Shown: in pieces, positions 39,628-48,249 of the stretch | Position numbering within the stretch: the first letter of the stretch is position 1 | Layout: each line of letters begins with the position of its first letter | Translations under genes and position numbers: made by a program | Notes under the pieces: generated by a model | Told to the model about the DNA's origin: nothing | Seen by the model: only the letters and a program-made list of their open reading frames with translations | The model's database searches: none | NCBI GenBank assembly: GCA_963666315.2 | Contig: CAXXHG010000005.1 | Span: forward strand, 36,287 to 100,286 | Reading direction: 5' to 3' | Length of the DNA stretch: 64,000 nt | Source: Candidatus Binatia bacterium | GTDB taxonomy: Bacteria > Desulfobacterota > Binatia > Bin18

Positions 39628-40845
39628 ATGTCAGAGCTCAAGCACGTCCTAGATGGCTATAAGATCCTCGACTTTACCCAGGTCCTGGCCGGGCCCACCA
39701 TCACCCGGCTGATGGCCGAGATGGGCGCGGAGATCATTAAGGTGGAGCTTTCTCCAAAGGGAGATTTCTCGCGCGGGCTGCCGTTCCTTAAAGACGGCCG
39801 CAGCGCCTATTTCATCCAGCAAAACCGGGGCAAGAAGAGTCTCTGCATTGACGCCAAAAACCCCAAGGGCCTAGAAATCCTTAAGGCCCTGGTGGAAAAG
39901 GTGGACGTTTTGGTCGAGAACTTCGCGCCGGGCACAATCAAGCGCCTGGGTCTTGAATACCATACGGTCAGAGAGATCAATCCCCGCTTGGTGATGTGCT
40001 CGGTTTCGGCCTTCGGCCAGACCGGGCCCCTGGCGGACCGACCCGGCTATGACTACATTGCCCAGGCCTACGCCGGGGTGACCTATATGACCGGTGAGCC
40101 GGACGGTTCGCCTTACTTCCCCGCGACGGCCCAGGGGGATGTAGGCGCCGGGGTCCATGCGTTGGCAGCAATCGCCTGTGCGCTGCTCTATCGCGAGCGC
40201 ACCGGCAAGGGACAGTACTTGGACATCTCTCTGCTGGACGCTTACTTTCCTTGTCACGACTTCAATGTGCAGATTTACAGTGCCAGCAAAGGGGCGATTA
40301 AGCCCAAACGGTCTGGCACGCAGCACTATGCCGCATGTCCCGTTGGTCTCTTTAAGGGCAAAGAGATTTACCTCTTTATCATTGCCCTGGACCACCAGTG
40401 GCCGTTCCTTTGCCGGGCGATGGGCCGGCCGGAGCTGGCTGAGGACCCGCGCTTTGCTAATAACGCCAAACGGGTGGAGAACATGGCGGAGGTGATAAAG
40501 GTGATTGAGGAGTGGCTGGCTTCCACGCCAAGCGATGACGAAGCCATGCGGGTTCTGGAGGAAGCGCGAGTTCCGGCGGCGCCCGTTTTGTCGATCGAGC
40601 AGGCGGTGAACCATCCCCATCTCCGCCACCGGCGCACGGTGCGCCGGATCACGGACCGGGCTTTTGGTGAGTTCGACATTCCGGGCATGCCGCTTAAATT
40701 CTCGGAGTTTCCCGAAGAGCTACCCCTGGAGGCGCCGTTTCTCGGTGAGCATAACGAAGAAGTCCTCTGCAAGTATCTATCGTACACCTCTGAGCAGGTC
40801 AGGCTGCTAGAGGGCGAGGGGATACTGTCCTTTAACCCTAAATAG
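39628..40845 (+). CDS. CaiB/BaiF family III CoA-transferase
   Basis: LDFTQVLAGP, NRGKKS, ENFAPG, PGYD..AQ, P.LGEHN. Confidence 0.93.
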   Translation: MSELKHVLDGYKILDFTQVLAGPTITRLMAEMGAEIIKVELSPKGDFSRGLPFLKDGRSAYFIQQNRGKKSLCIDAKNPKGLEILKALVEKVDVLVENFAPGTIKRLGLEYHTVREINPRLVMCSVSAFGQTGPLADRPGYDYIAQAYAGVTYMTGEPDGSPYFPATAQGDVGAGVHALAAIACALLYRERTGKGQYLDISLLDAYFPCHDFNVQIYSASKGAIKPKRSGTQHYAACPVGLFKGKEIYLFIIALDHQWPFLCRAMGRPELAEDPRFANNAKRVENMAEVIKVIEEWLASTPSDDEAMRVLEEARVPAAPVLSIEQAVNHPHLRHRRTVRRITDRAFGEFDIPGMPLKFSEFPEELPLEAPFLGEHNEEVLCKYLSYTSEQVRLLEGEGILSFNPK

Positions 40846-40858
40846 AAACGGAGGTGAC

Positions 40859-41500
40859 GTGATGCTAGACATCCTCGGTGGAACCTACGAGTGGCAGAAT
40901 TGGGGGTGGAATGCTCTCACTATTGGGTCACTCGGCACCATCGTCTTCACCTTTGTTCAAGGGTGGGGACTTTGGAAACAGAAACAGGCAATCTGGAACG
41001 CGGAGTCGGGAGAATCTGTCTCCGTCAGTTGGTTTTCTTACTTCACCTTCTTCTTCATAGCATTCCTGTTCTACGGTATTCACATTGCGAGCGTGGCAGT
41101 CATTATGAACGGACTACTTGCGATTCTCCACGTTCCTATACTCGTAGGTTTGTGGAGGTTCAAGGGGTTCACTCGCTACGAGAAGATACAACTCGTTCCC
41201 TTTGCGGGAATGGTGCCAGCAATGGCACTTCTCCCATGGAAGGATGAGTTGTTTCTTATCTTCTCGTTCGGAACACTCTACTCGCTTGGAACCCAGCCGT
41301 GGGAACTCTGGAAGACGAAGAAGACGGGCGTGGTGGAAATACGGCTTGTCGGTGTCTACTTCCTCGCAACCTTTTTCTGGGTTATCTACTCATTCGCCGT
41401 CGGAGAATGGGTTTTGCGAATCACCACACCAACGTCACTCATTCTTCTCGGCTTGACTTCGGTGCTCTGGTTTAAGTATCGGGGCAATAAGCGGGACTAG
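40859..41500 (+). CDS. PQ-loop/SWEET-like ~7-TM membrane protein
   Basis: Two repeats (Q..AIW...SGESVS; TQPWELWKTKKTGVV) with 6-7 hydrophobic segments. Confidence 0.6.
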   Translation: MMLDILGGTYEWQNWGWNALTIGSLGTIVFTFVQGWGLWKQKQAIWNAESGESVSVSWFSYFTFFFIAFLFYGIHIASVAVIMNGLLAILHVPILVGLWRFKGFTRYEKIQLVPFAGMVPAMALLPWKDELFLIFSFGTLYSLGTQPWELWKTKKTGVVEIRLVGVYFLATFFWVIYSFAVGEWVLRITTPTSLILLGLTSVLWFKYRGNKRD

Positions 41501-41618
41501 TGTAAGCTAGACCCGCTTTCTTTTTTTATTCAACTACCACAACATTCCGCAATAAATTATGCCAGTTATTCTGGTTTTTTTATCGGTGTGCGTATTGCGA
41601 GGGGGGGCCGACCACCCC

Positions 41619-41716
41619 TTAGCCCCTTCTCTTGCGAAGAGCTTGGCCGTGGCCTCGCCAATGCCCGATGCTTCGCCTGTGATCAATGCGACTTTGCCAT
41701 CGAGTCTGCCTGGCGT
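41619..41716 (-). pseudogene. SDR N-terminal fragment
   Basis: [31 protein letters not shown]; ACG at the start position; truncated. Confidence 0.7.
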
Positions 41717-41735
41717 GTGTGTCCCCCCTCCCCTG

Positions 41736-42485
41736 TCACTGCGCCGTGAACCCACCGTCAATGACCAGCTCCGCCCCGGTAACGAACGACGACTCGTCTG
41801 ACGCCAGGTAGAGCACGCCGTAGGCGACGTCTTCCGTTGTGCCGGCGCGTCTGAGCGGCACGTCATTGAAAACCCTCTGCCACACCTCGCGGTCGATGTC
41901 CGCGGTCATCGGCGTGTCGATCAGGCCGGGGTGGACAGCGTTCACGCGGATGCTCTCCTTGGCGTACTGTATGGCCGCCGTCTTGGTCATGATTCGCACC
42001 GCGCCCTTGCTCGCGTGGTAGGCGATCTGCGAGCCGGTGCCGATCAGCGCGGCTGCCGAACAGATGTTGATAATCGAGCCGCCGCCGGCCTTGCGCAAGG
42101 CCGGCACCACGGCCTTCATGCCCAGCCATACACCGGTCTGATTCACCGCGATCACCCGCTCCCACACTGCCCGGGTGATATCCTCGACCCCCTCCATCTG
42201 CAAGATACCGGCGTTGTTCACCAGGATATCGAGCTTACCGTAGCTGCTCACCGCCGTGTCTACAGCTCGCTGCCAATCCTCTTCTTTGGTCACATCGAGT
42301 CTGACGAACGTCGCCTCCCCGCCCTGGGCACGAATCTCTTCGGCCGTACGCAGCCCTTCGGCCTCCAACACATCCACCAGGACTACCTTCGCTCCCTCCT
42401 GGGCGAACAGCTTGCCCTCAGCCGCGCCCTGACCGCGGGCACCGCCGGAGATAAGCGCGACCTTGCCTCTCAGTCTGTCTGTCAT
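41736..42485 (-). CDS. SDR oxidoreductase (3alpha,20beta-HSD/cyclopentanol dehydrogenase-like)
   Basis: [26 protein letters not shown]. Confidence 0.93.
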   Translation of the reverse strand: MTDRLRGKVALISGGARGQGAAEGKLFAQEGAKVVLVDVLEAEGLRTAEEIRAQGGEATFVRLDVTKEEDWQRAVDTAVSSYGKLDILVNNAGILQMEGVEDITRAVWERVIAVNQTGVWLGMKAVVPALRKAGGGSIINICSAAALIGTGSQIAYHASKGAVRIMTKTAAIQYAKESIRVNAVHPGLIDTPMTADIDREVWQRVFNDVPLRRAGTTEDVAYGVLYLASDESSFVTGAELVIDGGFTAQ

Positions 42486-42615
42486 ATTCCCTCCTTTTTC
42501 AGTGAGCCCTCAGCCCTTACAGGACCGATTCCGTTGATGCTGGCCCAGCTGGAGCTGATAATTGATAGTTCCAATTACTGTCCCCTACTCAGGGGTGAAA
42601 ACATGATAGAACATC

Positions 42616-42814
42616 ACCCCGTCGACACCACCCCTACGAAATCGAGGCCCATTTCATGCCTTCTTCATCCAGTTCATCCGGTTCACCAGGATGCAGCCTC
42701 ACGATCATTGTCGGCCCCAGTCCCGGCATGGTTGTATATGTAGTCCATAGATCACCGCTTTCGAGATCAATTGGTAGGACACGTAAGAGGGCACCACGAC
42801 GTGGCAGAAGGTAT
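42616..42814 (-). repeat. Inverted near-identical copy of 26594-26793 (3' end of the Vgb-like gene)
   Basis: Shares CCGGATGAACTGGATGAAGAAGGCATGAAATG and flanks, with scattered substitutions and a 3-nt indel. Confidence 0.9.
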
Positions 42815-42941
42815 GGACATACGCCGAGGGGCAGTCCCTACTTGCCCCTTCTAATTCGGGGACTATATTCCCTTTTCTTCCTGAAAGTCAAGGCTTTGCT
42901 TTTACTTACAACTTGCCCTTGGAGGGAACCTGTGATAGCGT

Positions 42942-43101
42942 CAGGGCGCCTGTTAGAATGTCGCAATACTGCGGGGTGAACCCCGTCAGGACTTATGAGG
43001 AAGTCCTGTCCTAATCCGCCTGATGCCTTGACCCTTACGTCAAGGCATCAGGCAGCTTGGCGGTGAAAAGGTGCCCTGTGAGGCGAAACAATCTAGCCAA
43101 G
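42942..43101 (+). ncRNA. Candidate orphan structured RNA
   Basis: Hairpins at 42972-42985, 42987-43008 and 43018-43053; closing stems 42942-42951/43069-43078 or 43056-43061/43096-43101. Confidence 0.45.
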
Positions 43102-43104
43102 ATG

Positions 43105-43308
43105 GGGTATTTCCCAACAAAAGGGGAAGAAGTTTCATAGAAATTTGGGAAAGCCCTGCGTAAATAGGCACTTCCGGCGATTTTGTGTCCCGCTTTTTCG
43201 CCCGAAAAGCACCCAAAAAATGGGAGTGCGATTTTTCTCTAAGCTCCGATAATTCCAGTACTTTTCCAAAAAGTATGAAACTTTACGTACCTTTGTTGGG
43301 AAATACCC
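43105..43308. mobile_element. MITE / internally deleted IS (204 bp)
   Basis: ~35-bp TIRs GGGTATTTCCCAACAAA...AAGTTTCATA / TATGAAACTT...TTTGTTGGGAAATACCC. Confidence 0.8.
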
Positions 43309-43599
43309 GATATCTTGTCCCGTTAGGATTTTCACGTTCGATATTGAAAAATCATCACCTTTTCAACCAACGAGACAAAAGAGCCTTTTTGTCCCGTTCA
43401 TATATTATCAAAAATTTATTGTTAAAAGCTAACTTACCTTCACTTAAGTCACTTATAAAACCATCGAACAAGACATAATTTTACTTACACCCTTCCACCC
43501 ACCCACCCCCCCCCTCACCATCCGCTTTGAGCGTGGGGAGAGCCAAAATTGAGCGCTTCTGCGCGTCCTGGACGTATGAGTTGATTTGCCCCTACCTAG

Positions 43600-43717
43600 A
43601 AACCGAACTGGCACCATTGGGCACCGAGTGGAGTCATGAACTGGCGGATTGCATCGAAGACGACTTTGAACTGCGAGTCGTATTTCTTCTCCATCGCACT
43701 CAGTTTGCGTGCAAGTA
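43600..43717 (-). pseudogene. ORF6N-domain protein C-terminal fragment
   Basis: LARKLSAMEKKYDSQFKVVFDAIRQFMTP. Confidence 0.65.
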
Positions 43718-43845
43718 CTGTAACTAAACTGTAACTAAAAAGTAGGGATAAGTAGGGATACTGAGAGATAATCAGAGAAATTTTACCTGGAAAAACTATA
43801 GTATTTATCTCTACTTATCTCTTAGTATCTGTTCTTATCTCATCC
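43718..43845. repeat. Phased arm/RDF-type repeats of an att site
   Basis: CTGTAACTAAA x2; AGTAGGGATA x2 plus variants; TATCT x4 at 10-bp period in inverted orientation. Confidence 0.7.
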
Positions 43846-43852
43846 CTTATAG

Positions 43853-43895
43853 GGGATTATGAGACCCTCGCTCTAGCCACCTGAGCTACGCCGCC
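43853..43895 (-). pseudogene. 5' half of tRNA-Met(CAT), att core remnant
   Basis: GGCGGCGTAGCTCAGGTGGCTAGAGCGAGGGTCTCATAATCCC; no T arm follows. Confidence 0.85.
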
Positions 43896-43907
43896 ACACA
43901 AGTGAAA

Positions 43908-44204
43908 TCAATGACTTAGAGACGATTGCAACTCGGGTAATACAGCACGGGTAGCTAAAGTGGTAGCTGTTTGAGCCGTGAAAGCCGCTTCTAGCTTCTG
44001 AGCTGCCTCCTGAAGATCTCCATCGGCTACGATGTGGTACCGATCAAAGATCGCTCGGGTTTTATGCCCAGCTATCGCCATTGCTACCCTTTCGGGAATC
44101 CCTGCCCGTACCATATTCCTGATAGCAGTCCGTCGAAAGTCGTGCGGGATCCTACCAGGTATTCCCGCTTCCCTACAAGCCCTGTGCCACGCCTTGTAGA
44201 ATGA
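43908..44204 (-). pseudogene. Tyrosine integrase C-terminal fragment
   Basis: W.RAC..AG...RIPHDFRRTA.RN.VRAG....AM...GHKT...FDRY. Confidence 0.9.
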
Positions 44205-44258
44205 ATGGATACGTTGACCGCTTCTGTGGAAGACCCAAGGACACTCTGGGAGAGTTTT

Positions 44259-44669
44259 ATGCCTCGATATTTATTGTCAGTGTTCGCTTTGGTCTCCTAT
44301 CTGGCTTGCCCCCAGGCCGCTTGGGCAAAAGCGAAAGTGGTCGTCCTCTTGGATGGGTTTACATGTGACGGGAATATCTCTTTCGAGTCTATCAGAGTGG
44401 ACCGGTACGACCGGATAGCGGTTCTTGGACACTCAACAGGTGTTTTCACCGCCAAATATCGTTTTTCGAATGTCCCCACGACTTGGCTTAATACTTCAAC
44501 TCCAAGATTGTCAGGTGCTTGTAAGGTTGATGTAAACGGAGTCACTCAATGCAGCCGCAACGCTATGACTGGTCCGCAGAACACGGCTACTGGGGGTCCA
44601 ATTGAACAAACCGTCAGAAAGTTTCATAGCTTTTCGCAAAAGTGCTGGAATTCTCAGCAGTTAGGATAA
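44259..44669 (+). CDS. Hypothetical secreted Cys-containing protein
   Basis: Signal peptide ending AWA; four Cys in the mature part. Confidence 0.55.
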   Translation: MPRYLLSVFALVSYLACPQAAWAKAKVVVLLDGFTCDGNISFESIRVDRYDRIAVLGHSTGVFTAKYRFSNVPTTWLNTSTPRLSGACKVDVNGVTQCSRNAMTGPQNTATGGPIEQTVRKFHSFSQKCWNSQQLG

Positions 44670-44809
44670 AATAGCGTTCGCATTTTTTGCGGTCATTTTG
44701 GGGATAAAAATTGCGAACTCAAAATTGCCAGAAGTGCCTATTCATACAGGGCTTTCTCAAAATCCTGTGAAACTTTTACCCCGTTTGTTCGTTTCGACCC
44801 GTTGATGGG

Positions 44810-45314
44810 CAACCCGTAGAGGGGATGCTGCTCACCAATCTCACGATAGAAACCTTTGAGCAGGCGTATGAAAAAGTCCAGTGGTACTGTCTCAGGTGGC
44901 GAATCGAAATGTATCACAAGGTGCTCAAATCCGGCTTCCACATTGAGCACTGCCGCCTTGGCGAGGCCCAGCGCCTCATCCGGTATGTGACGGTCATGAG
45001 TATCATCGCCTGGCGCTTAGTCATGCTCACGCTTCTTGCCCGGACTTCCCCAGAGGCCCCCTGCACCACACTGCTGACAGAAAATGCCTGGAAGGTGCTC
45101 TACTACACGGTCAAGAGAACAACGGCTCTCCCTCCACAAACACCCTCGCTACGTGAGGCGGTCATCTGGATCGCGCGGCTCGGCGGATTCCTGGCAAGAA
45201 AACATGATGGGCAGCCAGGAACGATCCCGCTGTGGAGGGGGTGGAAACGACTGACCGACTTAACCCAAGGCTGGCTCTTGGCAGCCGGGGGGGAGACTTG
45301 TGGGTAATAGAAAG
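44810..45314 (+). mobile_element. IS4-family (IS50/Tn5-like) 3' remnant
   Basis: WY..RWRIE.YHKVLKSG, IARLGGFLARK.DG.PG...LWRGW; end TGTGGGTAATAGAAAG. Confidence 0.88.
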
Positions 45315-45359
45315 GTGGTGTGGGAGGAGGGAAGTCGCAAGGCTTCCCCCTATCCCGAT
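45315..45359 (+). other. Group II intron 3' end remnant (3' part of domain V and domain VI)
   Basis: GTGGTGTGGGAGGAGGGAAGTCGCAAGGCTTCCCCCTATCCCGAT. Confidence 0.7.
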
Positions 45360-45571
45360 TTAGAGCTTAAGTGATGGATCTTTCCGAAACGGATTGCCAA
45401 GATCTTTTTCCTCTCAGCTTTCAAGACTACTGGCTCAACCTTTCCGATTTCACGGAACGGACCCGCCCAATTTCAGTGAAGGGACAATGTATCCGACGAA
45501 AGTAGCCGAGAACATCCCCGTCCACGGTTTGCGGCAGATTCGAAAGGCGTCTGAAATGGCTAGGTCCAAAC

Positions 45572-46801
45572 TTATTCGATATCACCTGGATATCCTGAGA
45601 AGCACTGTGTCCAAGCGCGAAAGCTGCCGTTTTCAGCCAGTCCGATACCTGTGGATTGATACTCGGGTCTGAGTATATTGGCACGATGCGAAGGAGACTG
45701 CATCCATAGGGCGACAGTCTGGTCAATACTGGTGAGACTCTTGCTGCCACAAACGATATTCTCGCCGTGGACCACTCCACCCAGTTTTCCATGCACACAG
45801 ATTTTGTTATCGGCATTGTTTTCCGAGACGGCCTGAGCCCTGGATATGCATTCACCAAGAAGATACAAAGGGTTTAGTCCATTGTTCAAACGAATTTCGT
45901 TGATCACTTTGTACATCTCACAAGCCAGGCTAGACAAATTTCCGCATGTTTTTGGCGGCGGGGGTGGTGGATTCGTATAACTGAACTGAAACTCAAGGCT
46001 ATCGAGTATACTATTCTTGCCGCCATAGGCCACCACACTAAGCCAATGAGTTCCCTCTGTGAAGGCCAGAGGTTTCCTGGATGAAAGCGCAAATGGCGCG
46101 GCTCTGCTGGTGGACTTCTTTTTGCCGTCAATAATAAATTGTAACTTCTTCACTCGGGAGCCAGGGGCTAAATTGGCCTGTATATTAATCTGATCCGTGC
46201 CCAGCTCCGCTGTATTAACTTCCATACCCGATGTCAGTTCCCCCAATGACCCACCGCTTTGGGCGTCTATTAACTCAAGTGAGTCAATTTGAGCCTGGTA
46301 ATTCGCCCTAGGTGGATCGATGGGATTTATAACTTCAAGGTTAAGAGTAACTTGGCCCACTATAATAAGATTGGTCGCACCGAAATCGGTGTTGATTTCT
46401 AAAGCCCGAATCAGCAGAGAATAAGTGCCTGCTTCCTTAATTTTCCAAGCTCTTTTGTGCAGGGTATAGGGCGCTAGTTTATCCTCCTTTTTCTTTCCAT
46501 TTAAAACGAAGCGCATAATATGGATTTTTGTCGCATCTGCCTTCATACTAGCCTGTATGTTGAGTCGACTGGCGCCCAGTGCTTGCATGTCAATGATCGT
46601 ATCGCCTTCATACAGTTGCATAAGTTCTTCACCTGAATCGGCATCGATGAGCATGATTTTCTCAAACGTATCGGAAGGCGGAACGGCGCCTTGGGAAACA
46701 TCCAGCCCTATGATGAGCCAGACACAGACCAAAAGCACTTGGTGGATTTTTAAAGAAAATAAACGTGAATAATTTTGTCGAACCCTTACCCGATTAAACA
46801 T
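45572..46801 (-). CDS. Secreted CAP/SCP-domain protein with two repeated N-terminal beta domains
   Basis: LIDA.SG..L..L..G....NIQA x2, Pro linker, INEIR...GL.PL, GENI, WMQSPSHRANIL. Confidence 0.85.
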   Translation of the reverse strand: MFNRVRVRQNYSRLFSLKIHQVLLVCVWLIIGLDVSQGAVPPSDTFEKIMLIDADSGEELMQLYEGDTIIDMQALGASRLNIQASMKADATKIHIMRFVLNGKKKEDKLAPYTLHKRAWKIKEAGTYSLLIRALEINTDFGATNLIIVGQVTLNLEVINPIDPPRANYQAQIDSLELIDAQSGGSLGELTSGMEVNTAELGTDQINIQANLAPGSRVKKLQFIIDGKKKSTSRAAPFALSSRKPLAFTEGTHWLSVVAYGGKNSILDSLEFQFSYTNPPPPPPKTCGNLSSLACEMYKVINEIRLNNGLNPLYLLGECISRAQAVSENNADNKICVHGKLGGVVHGENIVCGSKSLTSIDQTVALWMQSPSHRANILRPEYQSTGIGLAENGSFRAWTQCFSGYPGDIE

Positions 46802-46874
46802 ACCCCTACCTTTCTTTTAAACTATTCATCCAAGCCCTCATCCTATATTGATGGATATAACCGTGGCCAGATCT

Positions 46875-46890
46875 GGCAAATACCATGCCA
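46875..46890 (-). promoter_or_regulatory. Candidate sigma54 promoter of the CAP gene
   Basis: TGGCAT-GGTAT-TTGC on the minus strand, ~75 bp upstream of the ATG. Confidence 0.6.
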
Positions 46891-47646
46891 GTACGTTTCC
46901 CTTCATAAGCGAATGTTTATCGCCGAGCGCCGCCAGGACTGACATTATTTGTCATCCAATCGAGACCGTTTTGACCCTCTTTGGCCAACATTCTTAGCCG
47001 AGGAAGGAGACTGAGGCTTGGCACCACTTTTACCCGGCTAATCAGTAAAGACGTCATATGGGACGTTGCTTCCTAATATTGGGTCAAATCGAACAAACGG
47101 GGGAAAAGTTTAATATTCCTTTCTGTCTTGCCGTCTGTGATCAGCCTCTCCCACCGGCCCCGAGCGGTGCGGCCGCGTTGCGCAGCCCGGTAGACCGCCG
47201 AGGGACGCACCCCCAGCAGGGCGGCGACGGCGCTGCCTGTGTACCCGCAAATCTCCAGGGCAAGGTAAGCAAGGCCCTCACGGGCACGCGCTGCACGGGT
47301 ACGCCGACGATGCGAATGACACCTATAGGCCCAATAGAAGGGTTGCTGAAATGAGCCGCCAAATTTTCTGAGTCTATGCCGGTATGCGGTGAGGAAAATT
47401 GCCTTGTCTCGTTTACTGGTGATGGTGTCAAAAAGGGCGAGGGCCTCGTCTTGGCCAGAGCGTTAGAGAGGGCTATCAATGCTGATGTATCTGCAAGTAG
47501 TGAGAGCCTTAGAGTCGCCCTTGAAGAGCAAAAGGTCGTGCAGCAAATAAATGAGGCAAATCAAAAGCGTTAAGCAGCTCGCGCTTAAAAATTCTAATAG
47601 GCAAATTAGGTACCAAGTGGTAAACGAGCGGACTGGGGGCTCAGGG

Positions 47647-48249
47647 CTATTTGATTTTGATCACCCCGGCCAACCTCTCAGGGAAGACGAAGCTGACGCA
47701 ACCGTCAGGCCCTCCTCCAGCTACGCACGGAAGGAGGAATTCGCCCACGCCATCTGTATGGACTTGGCCCGTTGCTCCCTCGTAGGCCCCGGTTCCTCCT
47801 GTAATCTTCCCTCTGCTGGTGAACGTGTCGAGTAGGCAAAACTCTGCCACAAAATCGAGCCCTTCCGCCCCGCATTTGGTCTGTATGTTATTACGTCGCG
47901 CAATGCTCACGCAATCGTCAGTCCCAGAGCAGAAGATGTCAGTGGATTTGCCATCACAGTCCCCGTTGTCACAGACGCAGCTATCGAAGGGCGCCTCAAA
48001 GTCCAAACAGGTCGGAAAGTTGGTGTGAACTACATGCCCATCACTCTGGGGATTAGATATGAACGGATGAAGGCCAGGCGCTTGGCCCCCATCAACACCA
48101 ATCAGTTGTCCAACTTTCTCCTCGCCACCGACGGTAAAAATATACTCGACAACGCATGGCGATACGGTTGCGTCGAAGCACTCTCCGTCGCCTACGCCAT
48201 CGACAGTGAGCGCTGGAGAGCCAGCATGGACGGAGGGGGTCAGGGCTAA
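47647..48249 (-). pseudogene. Cys-rich secreted protein, N-terminus removed by IS5
   Basis: Starts mid-signal peptide (LALTPSVHA-G); ITGGTGAYEGATG motif. Confidence 0.6.

Noticed and set aside
42971-43010. SRP RNA (ffs), suggested by GAACCCCGTCAGG
   Set aside because: The conserved CCGGAAGG.AGCA helix-8 continuation is absent and the sequence folds into other hairpins.
43018-43090. Hammerhead ribozyme, suggested by CTGATG and GAAAC
   Set aside because: CUGAnGA is not intact, the motif is buried in a perfect hairpin, and the three stems cannot be assembled.
43718-43845. CRISPR array or plasmid iterons
   Set aside because: Repeats are 10-11 bp with no spacers, and no cas or rep gene is present; att-site context explains them. 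No CRISPR array was seen anywhere in the window.
43844-43855. 12-bp match CCCTTATAGGGG shared with the 8862 palindrome arm
   Set aside because: A 12-bp match between some pair of sites in 64 kb is expected by chance, and the similarity does not extend.
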